Part shown: in pieces, positions 21,583 to 31,110 of the stretch | Layout: each line of letters starts with the position of its first letter | How positions within the stretch are numbered: position 1 is the first letter of the stretch | From: Ignavibacteriota bacterium | GTDB taxonomy: Bacteria > Bacteroidota > Ignavibacteria > UBA10030 > CAVZMI01 | DNA: 57,360 nucleotides | Direction of reading: 5' to 3' | NCBI GenBank assembly: GCA_963776275.1 | Contig: CAVZMI010000011.1 | Location: 1 to 57,360, forward strand | The notes under the pieces: generated by a model | What the model saw: only the letters and a program-made list of their open reading frames with translations | Told to the model about the DNA's origin: nothing | Databases searched by the model: none | Translations under genes and position numbers: made by a program

Positions 21583-22494
21583 GTGGGTCTTCTCGTCGTA
21601 GGTTCACTTGCGCTCGATACAATAGAAACACCGTTCGGGCAGGCCGAGAACATGCTCGGCGGTTCTGCCGTGTACATCTCGGTAGCGGCAAGTTATTTTG
21701 CCGCGCCGGTTCGACTCGTTGGCGTTGTGGGTGGAGATTTTCCGCGTGAAGCGATCGATTTTCTTCATGACAAGAACGTTGATACAGACGGTCTTGAAAT
21801 CATCAAAGAAGGAAAAACCTTCCGTTGGGGGGGCAGGTATCATTATGACCTGAACATGCGCGATACACTCTACACCGATCTGAATGTATTCGAGACATTC
21901 GATCCGAAAATTCCGCAGCAATTTCAAAAGTGCAAATATGTGTGTCTGGGGAATATAGATCCTGTACTCCAGCGTCGCGTCCTGGAGCAGATAGATAAAC
22001 CGCGGCTTGTCGTGGGTGATACGATGAATTTCTGGATCGAACGGAAGACGGGGGAACTGAAAAATACCCTCAAGGTAATGGATGTGCTGATCGTCAACGA
22101 TTCGGAGGCGCGCCTCCTAGCGAAAGAGCCGAATTTGATCAAAGCCGCACGAATGATCATGGAGATGGGACCACGCATCGTCATCATCAAGAAAGGCGAA
22201 CACGGTGCTCTTCTTGTGACCGAATCGACGATCTTCTCTGCACCGGCATATCCGCTTGAGAATATTCATGACCCGACAGGAGCCGGAGATTCGTTCGCCG
22301 GGGGATTTTCCGGATGGATCGCGAAAACCGAAGATGTCTCGGATGCGAATCTCAAGCGCGCAGTGATTTATGGCAGCACAATGGCCTCATTTTGCGCGGA
22401 AAAATTTGGAGTGGGCGGACTACGCGATCTTGCATATCTTCAGGTGAAAGACCGGTTCCGTGAATTTCGGGAGCTTTCTCGCTTCGAGGAGTAA
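21583..22494 (+). CDS. PfkB/ribokinase family sugar or nucleoside kinase
   Basis: LGGSA, VNDSEA, IKKGEHGA, DPTGAGDSFAGGF; AAGGAG RBS. Confidence 0.92.
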   Translation: MGLLVVGSLALDTIETPFGQAENMLGGSAVYISVAASYFAAPVRLVGVVGGDFPREAIDFLHDKNVDTDGLEIIKEGKTFRWGGRYHYDLNMRDTLYTDLNVFETFDPKIPQQFQKCKYVCLGNIDPVLQRRVLEQIDKPRLVVGDTMNFWIERKTGELKNTLKVMDVLIVNDSEARLLAKEPNLIKAARMIMEMGPRIVIIKKGEHGALLVTESTIFSAPAYPLENIHDPTGAGDSFAGGFSGWIAKTEDVSDANLKRAVIYGSTMASFCAEKFGVGGLRDLAYLQVKDRFREFRELSRFEE

Positions 22495-23558
22495 TGTACA
22501 TGCGTCCTATCGACTGGCATAATGGACGAGTCCGGTTTATCGACCAGACGCGACTTCCACTTGAAGAAGTCTATACCGAGACCGATAAGGTGGAAGCTCT
22601 GGTGGATGCGATTCGTACACTCCGAATCCGCGGTGCACCGGCGCTGGGAATCGCTGCGGCGTTCGGAGTGGTGCTTGGTGCGCATGCTTTTTCAGGATTG
22701 AATAGGGACGAATTTCTTCACCATATTGAAAACGTGTCATTGCTCATCGAATCCACACGTCCCACTGCCGTCAATCTCTCTTGGGCCCTTCGCCGAATGC
22801 AGTCGGTGGTGAACAACTATCCCTCACATGATGTCGGAGATTTGCAGAATTTACTCCTCAATGAAGCTCTCGCAATTCAATATGAAGAGATTGAAACATG
22901 CAAATTGATCGGAAGCCATGGTGCCGGGATAATCCCTGATGGAAGCGGTATCCTGACTTATTGCAATGCCGGTGCGCTGGCGACAGGAGATTATGGCACG
23001 GCGCTCAGCGCCATAATCCGGGCTTATGAATCGGGGAAAAAAATTCGTGTGTACGTCGGAGAAACAAGGCCATTATTCCAGGGCGCACGTCTAACAACAT
23101 GGGAGCTTCAGAAATACGGAATCGACGTGGTGTTAATAACGGATAATGCGGCGGCTTTCGTCATGCAGCAGGGAAAAATCAATATCGTGATCGTCGGGGC
23201 CGACCGGATTGTCGCCAATGGGGATGTTGCAAATAAAATCGGGACGTATAATGTTGCGGTACTCGCCGATAGACACAAAGTGCCGTTCTACGTTGCAGCT
23301 CCCTCTTCAACGATCGATCCTGCACTCTCATCAGGAAATGAAATTCCAATCGAGGAGCGCGATTCTCGCGAGATTACCGAGCTATTCGGACATCGAATTG
23401 CACCCCCGGGGATTACGGTGTATGCACCGGCGTTCGATGTGACTCCGTCTGAACTTGTCGGCGGCATCATTACAGAATATGGGATTCTCCGGCCGCCATA
23501 CAGTGCTTCAATTGAAACACTGTTGAGGACGCATCAGAGACCGGAGCGGGGATCATGA
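22494..23558 (+). CDS. mtnA: S-methyl-5-thioribose-1-phosphate isomerase
   Basis: DQTRLP, RGAPALG, TRPTAVNL, CNAGALAT, ETRP..QGARLT.WEL, VGADRI..NGDVANKIGTY. Confidence 0.92.
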   Translation: MYMRPIDWHNGRVRFIDQTRLPLEEVYTETDKVEALVDAIRTLRIRGAPALGIAAAFGVVLGAHAFSGLNRDEFLHHIENVSLLIESTRPTAVNLSWALRRMQSVVNNYPSHDVGDLQNLLLNEALAIQYEEIETCKLIGSHGAGIIPDGSGILTYCNAGALATGDYGTALSAIIRAYESGKKIRVYVGETRPLFQGARLTTWELQKYGIDVVLITDNAAAFVMQQGKINIVIVGADRIVANGDVANKIGTYNVAVLADRHKVPFYVAAPSSTIDPALSSGNEIPIEERDSREITELFGHRIAPPGITVYAPAFDVTPSELVGGIITEYGILRPPYSASIETLLRTHQRPERGS

Positions 23559-24325
23559 TTGTTCGCACCGATGCCGTCGTTGTGAAATCAATGAAGTATC
23601 GTGAAACGAGCAAGATCGTCACGCTCTATACCCGATCGTTCGGTAAAGTCAGCGTTGTGGCGAAGGGAGCTCGCGATATGAAGAGCAAATTTGGAGGGGC
23701 TCTCGAGCCTATGACTCATATCTCGGCAGTTTTTTATAAAAAGCCGCACCGTGAGCTGCATCTTATTTCTCATGCGGATATTCTCGAGGAATTCCACCGG
23801 CTCCATACGGATTACGAGCGTCTCAATGTCGGATATGCCGTTATCGATTTGCTGAATTCCGTTATGCACGGTGAAGAAGAACATCCGGCGGTTTACCGGT
23901 TACTGCTCGACACGCTGGGTGCAATCGATGCAGGCACCAAAAATTTGGTAAATGTGTTATATTATTATGAAGTCCGTCTTGCAGCTCTACTTGGATTCGC
24001 AATGGTGCTGGACAGGTGCGGTATTTGTGGCGCCGCAATCGGAGAAAGGACCGGTGATAGCCTAGGATTTAATCCGATACAGGGAAGTATGGTTGATGAA
24101 CGATGCGGTGGGAATTCCGATCGATGGATTCGTGTATCGCTCTCATCGGTGAGGATCCTTCAGCGACTGTCGCAGGTTACAATTGACGGTGCACTGAGTA
24201 TCGAGATGTCGGATGCCTCCAGAAAAAACATCGATAAGGTGATTCGTGCACATTTCGGAGCTCACATTGAAGCCACGCGGAGGATGCAAAGCGCTGCGAC
24301 GATACGATCGTCGATCATAAGTTGA
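23555..24325 (+). CDS. recO: DNA repair protein RecO
   Basis: YRETSKIVTLYT..FGKV.VVAKGAR OB-fold; CGICG zinc motif. Confidence 0.9.
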   Translation: MIVRTDAVVVKSMKYRETSKIVTLYTRSFGKVSVVAKGARDMKSKFGGALEPMTHISAVFYKKPHRELHLISHADILEEFHRLHTDYERLNVGYAVIDLLNSVMHGEEEHPAVYRLLLDTLGAIDAGTKNLVNVLYYYEVRLAALLGFAMVLDRCGICGAAIGERTGDSLGFNPIQGSMVDERCGGNSDRWIRVSLSSVRILQRLSQVTIDGALSIEMSDASRKNIDKVIRAHFGAHIEATRRMQSAATIRSSIIS

Positions 24326-24512
24326 AATTTTCGGATTTTTTATTTACAGTAATTGCCTGAAAGGTTTAGACGAACGGAGGGGTTCCAATGTTCCCTCAAA
24401 AATAGTGATTTTAAGAAAATATTCCGACTATTTTATTCAGCATGACTGTAACAATTTGAATTCAAAAAAGTATATTGTTATATATAAAATATTTCGTAAG
24501 GAGGAAGCTGGT

Positions 24513-26057
24513 ATGAACAAGAAATCGATATTTGCAGCAATTGCCCTCATCAGTGTGGGAATCATCTTTGGAGCCCTGCTGGTTTCAGGGTTACAGGGTG
24601 TGGGGGTTGGAGTTGCTGCGTTCGGCGGTGATGTAAAATTGGGTGCGCAGAACTCGCCGCTGAAAAGTATTCCCGAAGTGAGGAATCTGGAAGATGCATA
24701 TGTCACGGTCGCAAATACCGTGAGACCTGCAGTGGTCAGTATTCAGGCGACGACAAAACAAAAAACTTCGCCGAAATCGAAGGAGTTCGATCAGTTCTTT
24801 CATTTCTTCGGACCGGATTTTGAATTTAAAACACCCGAGGAAATGCCGTCGAAAGGATTCGGTTCCGGTGTGATCGTGACAGCCGATGGATATATCCTGA
24901 CAAATAATCACGTCGTCGAAAATGCCGACGAGGGAAGCGTCAAGGTTAAATTAGTCGACACACGTGAATTCGATGCGAAAATCGTCGGCACCGATCCGCT
25001 GACCGATGTCGCGATAATAAAAATCGATGCAAAGGATCTTCCGGTTGCTGCGCTCGGAAATTCGGATGAGCTGAAAATCGGACAAATGGTTATGGCGATA
25101 GGAAATCCGTTCAACCTTAATTTTACCGTTACTCACGGAATCATCAGCGCGCTCGGACGGGACGGACTCGGATTGAAAAAGGATAGCTATGGAATTGAGA
25201 ATTTTATTCAGACCGATGCCGTGATCAATCCCGGCAATAGCGGCGGTGCATTAGTGAACCTCCGCGGCGAAGTGATCGGAATCAATACCGCAATCGCAAC
25301 ACGAACGGGTGTCTATGAAGGCTATGGATTTGCCATCCCGATGAACCTTGCAAAATCGGTTGCCGAGGATCTGATTAAAAACGGCAAAGTAAGACGCGGA
25401 TATATCGGAGTGCAAATCACCAATATCGATGCGACAATGGCAAAGGCGAATGGACTCGATAAGGCACGCGGTGTTCTTGTCCAGTCTCTTACCGAAGGCG
25501 GAGCTGCAGCCGATGCCGGTATCAAAGAAGGCGATATTATCCTTTCGATTAATGGGAAGGAAGTGAATACCGCAAATGAGCTGCAGACCTATGTCGCCAG
25601 CAAACATCCGGGTGACATTGTTACACTGAGCATCTGGCGTGATAAACAGACAACAGAAGTCAAGGTCAAGCTGCGCGAGCGGAAAGAGTCGGGTGAACTG
25701 GCAAAAAACGAGGGGGATGAGGATGAATCCGCCCAAAAAGATACCGATCAACCGCACTCGAAGACATTCGATAATTTAGGACTCACCGTCCGCAATATGA
25801 ATTCGGATTTAAAAGAAAAATATAAGACAGAGTACGGCGTTCTCATCACCGACGTCAAAAAATATAGCCGTGCCGAAGACCAGCTCCAGAAAAATCTGGT
25901 GATTATCGAAGCCGATCGAAAGAAGGTCCGCTCGGTATCCGATCTTGATGAGATCCTCAAGAATAAAAAACCGGGTGATGCGATCATGCTGCGTGTAAAA
26001 GATCCGAATGGGAATGTTGCATACCGTGCTATCGAAATTCCTAAAGAATCGAAATAA
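24513..26057 (+). CDS. HtrA/DegP (Do) serine protease with two PDZ domains
   Basis: TNNHVV, D..TDVA, QTDAVINPGNSGG; AAGGAGG RBS; TTGAAT-N17-TATATA at 24456-24484. Confidence 0.93.
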   Translation: MNKKSIFAAIALISVGIIFGALLVSGLQGVGVGVAAFGGDVKLGAQNSPLKSIPEVRNLEDAYVTVANTVRPAVVSIQATTKQKTSPKSKEFDQFFHFFGPDFEFKTPEEMPSKGFGSGVIVTADGYILTNNHVVENADEGSVKVKLVDTREFDAKIVGTDPLTDVAIIKIDAKDLPVAALGNSDELKIGQMVMAIGNPFNLNFTVTHGIISALGRDGLGLKKDSYGIENFIQTDAVINPGNSGGALVNLRGEVIGINTAIATRTGVYEGYGFAIPMNLAKSVAEDLIKNGKVRRGYIGVQITNIDATMAKANGLDKARGVLVQSLTEGGAAADAGIKEGDIILSINGKEVNTANELQTYVASKHPGDIVTLSIWRDKQTTEVKVKLRERKESGELAKNEGDEDESAQKDTDQPHSKTFDNLGLTVRNMNSDLKEKYKTEYGVLITDVKKYSRAEDQLQKNLVIIEADRKKVRSVSDLDEILKNKKPGDAIMLRVKDPNGNVAYRAIEIPKESK

Positions 26058-26083
26058 GTAATATTTTTCGACCTTCCAGAAAG

Positions 26084-26119
26084 AAAACGTCCTGCTAAAA
26101 GCGGGACGTTTTTGTTTTT
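26084..26119 (+). terminator. Intrinsic terminator (possibly bidirectional)
   Basis: AAAACGTCCTGCT-AAA-AGCGGGACGTTTTT. Confidence 0.8.
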
Positions 26120-26166
26120 CCCTTCTTTTTTACTTAATTATACTATAGGATAATTGGAGAAGAGAC

Positions 26167-27345
26167 ATGATACGCTACCTCACTGCAGGTGAATCGCACG
26201 GACAGGCGCTAGTCGGCATTATTGAAGGCATGCCGGCCGGCCTCCCCATTACAGCGGAATATATCAACCATCAACTCTGGCGCAGGCAGCAGGGATATGG
26301 CCGCGGCGGGAGGATGAAAATTGAGACGGATAAAGTGGACATCCTCTCCGGTGTGAGATTCGGAAAGACACTCGGATCACCGATCGCCCTTGTACTTCGT
26401 AATCGCGATTGGGAGAATTGGAAAATTGCGATGGCGGTTGACAAGGCGGCGAAGGGAATTCAAAAAGTGACGAGTCCTCGTCCCGGTCATGCCGATTATG
26501 TCGGGAAAGTGAAATATGATTTTGACGATATCCGCAACGTCATCGAACGTGCAAGTGCACGTGAAACGGCAATGAGGGTGGCATGCTGTTCGATGCCCCG
26601 ACGATTGCTCGAGGAGCTCGGGATTCATATCGCAAGCCACGTTCTCTCGATCGGATCGGCTGCATATACCGGCAGAAAATCGCTGGATAAAAAAATAAAA
26701 AAATTTCTGGCCAGCGGTGCGATCGGTCTTGATGAACTCAATGCTGCTGCCGATGCTTCGGAAGTCAGAATTCTAGAAGAACTCATAGAGAAAAAAGCGA
26801 TACAGTTGATAAAACGGGCCAAGAAATCGGGCGATACGGTGGGAGGAATAATAGAAGTTATTATCGGAGGTCTTCCGGTGGGACTGGGAAGTCATGTCGA
26901 ATACGACCGTAAGCTTGACGGACAGCTTGCCGGGGCATTAATGTCTGTTCATGCAATCAAAGGAGTGGAGATCGGCGAGGGATTTGCGAATGCCGGGAGA
27001 TACGGTTCGGAAGTCCACGACGAGTTCATTCTTGACTCGAAAGGCAACATCATCCGTCCGACCAATCGTGCCGGCGGACTTGAGGGAGGAGTTACGAACG
27101 GAGAGCCGGTTATTCTTCGCGGTGCGATGAAACCGATTGCAACCCTGATGAAGCCGTTACGTACGGTCGATCTGGCGACAATGAAAAAAACTGAAGCGCG
27201 CCGCGAGCGATCGGATTTCTGTGCCGTGCCGGCAGCATCGGTGATAGGAGAGGCAGTCGTGGCTCCGATAATTGCGAATGCATTTCTGGAGAAATTCGGA
27301 GGAGATTCGCTCGGGGAGATTAAAAAGAGATATAAGAGAAAATAG
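26167..27345 (+). CDS. aroC: Chorismate synthase
   Basis: TAGESHG, RRQQGYGRGGRM, PRPGHAD, ERASARETA, TNRAGGLEGG, ERSD. Confidence 0.97.
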   Translation: MIRYLTAGESHGQALVGIIEGMPAGLPITAEYINHQLWRRQQGYGRGGRMKIETDKVDILSGVRFGKTLGSPIALVLRNRDWENWKIAMAVDKAAKGIQKVTSPRPGHADYVGKVKYDFDDIRNVIERASARETAMRVACCSMPRRLLEELGIHIASHVLSIGSAAYTGRKSLDKKIKKFLASGAIGLDELNAAADASEVRILEELIEKKAIQLIKRAKKSGDTVGGIIEVIIGGLPVGLGSHVEYDRKLDGQLAGALMSVHAIKGVEIGEGFANAGRYGSEVHDEFILDSKGNIIRPTNRAGGLEGGVTNGEPVILRGAMKPIATLMKPLRTVDLATMKKTEARRERSDFCAVPAASVIGEAVVAPIIANAFLEKFGGDSLGEIKKRYKRK

Positions 27346-27403
27346 CTTAGGCTTTCCATTGCGTTGCCCTCTGGCGGATGATTTTTTATCGCGAAACACG
27401 TTG

Positions 27404-28183
27404 TTATGTAACGCCCCTTGATTCAAAATATTTGGCGTTGCATTTTTTTTCAAATTGAGATGAATATTCAAATATCTTGAATTGAAGCTTTTCACATATT
27501 CCTTGGTCGCGAAGTAAGTACTTACATTCAGGACAATAATCCTCATAAGATCGAATAATTCTTAATTCGTTCAAAGTCTCTTTAACTTTATCTTGTGGTA
27601 AAGAAAAATATAGAATCGTATTTACCGCAGCCGACCAGGGAAGAAAAGTCCAGAAGAAGCTAATTATACCGATTATAAAAATTATTGAATTGTCTAAAAC
27701 AATTGTCCCAACACCAATAGCAATCAAGAGCAGTACCTCGATAAGTGTCGGAATTGTTATAAGTGTTCGGAAGCATTTGCCTATAGGGACAAAATCAATT
27801 AATTGAGGACAGCGTCTTATTGCTAAATGCATGGGCAGATTTTCGTAAGCAATTACATTGGAAGCCATTGCCCAATAGGTCCTATGCCGGTATACTTTGA
27901 ACCAGCCAAAAATGGGAATAAGACTCCACAAGCCTCCGGATACTTCATAGCGTAATTTTAAGAAAAACAAAACTCCAGTTTTTGATATTGCTTTAGTGAC
28001 TGTCTCCGACACATTGATTTGTGCACTTGTCCGTTTCTGGACTATCATGATTGTCAAAAGAGCATCGACAAACACTGGAATAAATAGCAGAGGGAAAATA
28101 AAAATGAATTTATCGATGTTTGTATGATAAAATCGTAATGCTTCCTTCCAAATTTTCCACGGAGAATATTCTTGCGTATCCAT
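27404..28183 (-). CDS. Hypothetical AT-rich membrane protein with C-terminal Cys cluster
   Basis: 259-codon ORF from MDTQEY, several hydrophobic segments, CPEC..C..C tail; own promoter at 28309-28337. Confidence 0.6.
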   Translation of the reverse strand: MDTQEYSPWKIWKEALRFYHTNIDKFIFIFPLLFIPVFVDALLTIMIVQKRTSAQINVSETVTKAISKTGVLFFLKLRYEVSGGLWSLIPIFGWFKVYRHRTYWAMASNVIAYENLPMHLAIRRCPQLIDFVPIGKCFRTLITIPTLIEVLLLIAIGVGTIVLDNSIIFIIGIISFFWTFLPWSAAVNTILYFSLPQDKVKETLNELRIIRSYEDYCPECKYLLRDQGICEKLQFKIFEYSSQFEKKCNAKYFESRGVT

Positions 28184-28308
28184 TATAATTTTCTTATACA
28201 GAGGTTCTATATTTTTCAAATCTGACTTCTCAGAACAGCAGCAATCCCTTATATGAAGCAATGCTCTTTAGCTCTAAAAATTGAACATTTTAAGCATTAC
28301 CCGACAGA

Positions 28309-28370
28309 AATATATTTAAAAGGCGCGCTCCTGTCAACATCTTGACAATATTGCCGTTTTATGCTATATT
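28309..28370. promoter_or_regulatory. Divergent pair of TTGACA-N17-TATATT promoters
   Basis: - strand 28337..28309; + strand 28342..28370 (with extended TG). Confidence 0.75.
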
Positions 28371-28412
28371 TTTCATGATCGGTTAAATCGAAGTCTCAAC
28401 GCTGGTCTGCAA

Positions 28413-29480
28413 ATGACGAAAAATATAGTTGAGATCCTCGATGAGTTCCAGAAGACCCGGGGTATCGACAACCGCGCGGTCGTGTATGATTATACTCTCG
28501 AGGAACGCGAGGGGAAGTTTTATATAGATTTTTATACGTCTCTGAGTTCAATTGCCCGGGATATCGAGCGGCTTTTTGCTACAACAGAGGTTTTAGCGAC
28601 ACCACGGATTGATATCCGGATTCACTTACTGCCTGATTCGAGTGTCGGTGATCGTAAATTCGGCATCTGTAATATCGGGACTGCCTCGCTCTACCGATCA
28701 GCCGGATTTTCCGGCGAGCAGGTGAGTCAGCTTTTACTCGGCGAATCGTTCGATATTCTGCAGCGGAAAGCGGCAGAGTGGTTCCGGTTCGGTCTCCATC
28801 GCGACGGGTACCTCGGATGGATTCATGAAACCCAGATTCATGGAATGAGTGAACCTGAATATGTGCGTTGGAAAGAGTTGCGCCGCGGTCGGTTTAAAGC
28901 TCATATAAGCCGCATCATGGAAAAGCCGGGCGACAATTCGCATCCCATCCGCGATACTGTCATAGGTGTCGAGCTACCGGTGACGGGCGAACATCGCCGG
29001 TGGAAACGGCTTCTTCTTCCGGACGGTTCAAGCGGCTGGGTGCGAGCGGCGGAACTCGGCACAGGTACTCGCCGGAGGCGGAAAGTCCTTGCGGCTGAAA
29101 TTGTTAAAACGGCAAAACAGTTTTTAGGCTGTCCGTATCAATGGGGCGGCAGGTCGCCGAAAGGATTCGATTGTTCGGGATTGATTCAAACCGTATTCGG
29201 CTTAAACAGAATCGATCTTCCGCGCGATACGAGTCAACAATGGAATGCCGGCCGGGATATAGGTCGTGATCTGAACGAAATACGAAAAGGCGACATACTA
29301 TTCTTCGGGGATGATCGATCGAGTGTATCGCATGTAGGATTGTGCACCGGCAATAAAGGCACGTTCATCCATGCACGAGGATTTGTGCGATACAACAGCT
29401 TGGATCCAAAATCGTTGCTCTACAATGAACAACTGGCTTCAAAGTTTGTCGGAGGGCGGAGGATAGAGGGAATTGGTTAA
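28413..29480 (+). CDS. NlpC/P60 (C40) peptidoglycan peptidase with SH3b domains, YkfC-like
   Basis: SQLLLGE, DGYLGWI SH3; PYQWGG.SPKGFDCSG, LPRD, SHVG, FIHA. Confidence 0.9.
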   Translation: MTKNIVEILDEFQKTRGIDNRAVVYDYTLEEREGKFYIDFYTSLSSIARDIERLFATTEVLATPRIDIRIHLLPDSSVGDRKFGICNIGTASLYRSAGFSGEQVSQLLLGESFDILQRKAAEWFRFGLHRDGYLGWIHETQIHGMSEPEYVRWKELRRGRFKAHISRIMEKPGDNSHPIRDTVIGVELPVTGEHRRWKRLLLPDGSSGWVRAAELGTGTRRRRKVLAAEIVKTAKQFLGCPYQWGGRSPKGFDCSGLIQTVFGLNRIDLPRDTSQQWNAGRDIGRDLNEIRKGDILFFGDDRSSVSHVGLCTGNKGTFIHARGFVRYNSLDPKSLLYNEQLASKFVGGRRIEGIG

Positions 29481-29558
29481 AATTGGCGGGAACAGACCGT
29501 CAGAAAAGGAGGCGTAGTCTTCAGCGCGGTATTCGAAAGAAAACATTCAAACGGTCGG

Positions 29559-30062
29559 CTTAACGCAAAAGTCCTGGTTCTGAATCAGAACTATGAGCCG
29601 ATGAGTGTATGTAATGTCCGGAAGGCGATTATTCTTCTGTATCTTGGAAAAGCTGAAGTCATCGAAGCATATGAAGGGAAACGGCTGCATTCGGTTTCCC
29701 AGACAATGCCGTTCCCAAGCATCGTGCGCCTTTCGGTGTACATTCATGTCCCATATAAAAAGATTATTCTTTCACGAAAGAATATTCTTCGCCGCGATAA
29801 TCATCGGTGCCAATACTGTGGAAGGGCCGATCTGCCGTTAACGATAGATCATGTGGTCCCGCGAGCACGCGGTGGCGAGGATGAGTGGGAGAATCTTGTG
29901 TGTGCCTGTGTCAAGTGCAACAACAGGAAGGGAGATCGGCTTCCTGAAGAAGCGTACATGAAGTTACGCAGGCCTCCATTCCGGCCGAATCACGTGACCT
30001 TCATCCGCCACTTCGTAGGCCAAATCGATGAACGGTGGAAACCGTATCTATTCATGAATTGA
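29559..30062 (+). CDS. HNH endonuclease (McrA/HNH_5-like); true start unresolved
   Basis: VLVLNQNYEP lies in frame upstream of ATG 29601; SRKNILRRD..CQYCG, TIDHVVPR..GG, W.NLV.AC..CN.RKG. Confidence 0.88.
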   Translation, partial: LNAKVLVLNQNYEPMSVCNVRKAIILLYLGKAEVIEAYEGKRLHSVSQTMPFPSIVRLSVYIHVPYKKIILSRKNILRRDNHRCQYCGRADLPLTIDHVVPRARGGEDEWENLVCACVKCNNRKGDRLPEEAYMKLRRPPFRPNHVTFIRHFVGQIDERWKPYLFMN

Positions 30063-30069
30063 CTGCGGT

Positions 30070-30102
30070 GCCCCCATAGAAAGTAGTCGTGGGGGCTTTT
30101 TT
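30070..30102 (+). terminator. Intrinsic terminator
   Basis: GCCCCCAT...GTGGGGGC followed by TTTTTT. Confidence 0.7.
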
Positions 30103-30125
30103 GTATTCAGTATATTCATAATTCT

Positions 30126-31109
30126 ATGACAAGAAGAAAAATCATCCTTAGCGGTATGCGGCCGACCGGGAAATTGCATCTCGGACATCTCGTCGGCGCG
30201 CTTGAAAATTGGGTTGCGCTTCAAAAAGAATATCAGAACTACCACCTGATCGCCGATTACCACGCGCTCACGACGAACACCGATACGTCGATGTTGTATC
30301 AGTATTCGATCGAAATGCTCGTTGACTGGCTTGCAGCGGGGCTCGATCCTAAGGCAAGTCCGATGTTTCGACAATCGCAGATTAAAGAGCACGCGGAGCT
30401 CCATCTGATTTTTTCAATGTTGATTACAACTGCACGGCTCGAGCGCAATCCGACTCTAAAAGACCAGGTGCGCGATTTGAATATCGAAAATATGATCTAT
30501 GGTCATCTGGGCTATCCGGTTCTTCAGGCGGCCGATATTCTTATTTACAAAGGTGAAGTAGTACCTGTCGGCGAGGATCAGGTTCCTCATGTCGAGATTA
30601 CGCGGGAGATTGCACGGAAGTTCAACACAACATACGGTGAAGTTTTCCCCGAGCCCGAGCCGATGCTCACATCATTCTCGCGGCTTCCCGGGCTCGACGG
30701 CGATATGAAGATGAGCAAATCGGCTGGCAATACCATACTGCTTTCTGATAGTCCTGAAGAAATCAATAAGAAGATGAGGAAGGCTGTGACCGATCCGCAG
30801 AAGATCAGAAAGAATGATCCGGGACGACCCGATATTTGTCTCGTCTTCACCTATCACAAGAAATTCACCACTAACGACGTTCCGTCAATACGCAAAGGAT
30901 GCGAATCGGGTGCGCTCGGCTGCGTCGAGTGTAAAAAGAAATGCGCGACAGCAATTGCCGATTACCTGACGCCGATACGCGAACGTCGTATGCATTATGA
31001 ATCGAATCTCAATGAGGTCAAGGATATTCTGCAGGAAGGCGAACGGCGTGCACGCATTGTCGCACAGCAGACGATGGTAGATGTTCATTCGGTAATGAGA
31101 TTGGGCTGA
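30126..31109 (+). CDS. trpS: Tryptophan--tRNA ligase
   Basis: SGMRPTGKLHLGH, YPVLQAADIL, VPVGEDQ, KMSKS. Confidence 0.97.
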   Translation: MTRRKIILSGMRPTGKLHLGHLVGALENWVALQKEYQNYHLIADYHALTTNTDTSMLYQYSIEMLVDWLAAGLDPKASPMFRQSQIKEHAELHLIFSMLITTARLERNPTLKDQVRDLNIENMIYGHLGYPVLQAADILIYKGEVVPVGEDQVPHVEITREIARKFNTTYGEVFPEPEPMLTSFSRLPGLDGDMKMSKSAGNTILLSDSPEEINKKMRKAVTDPQKIRKNDPGRPDICLVFTYHKKFTTNDVPSIRKGCESGALGCVECKKKCATAIADYLTPIRERRMHYESNLNEVKDILQEGERRARIVAQQTMVDVHSVMRLG

Positions 31110-31110
31110 C

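Noticed and set aside
27350-27412. Integron attC site after the AT-rich ORF (stop within ACATAAC)
   Set aside because: No matching GTTRRRY end or complete attC palindrome found, and no integron integrase
29559-30062. HNH as a homing, restriction or CRISPR-associated nuclease
   Set aside because: Small stand-alone family; no methylase, intron, array or cas genes adjacent
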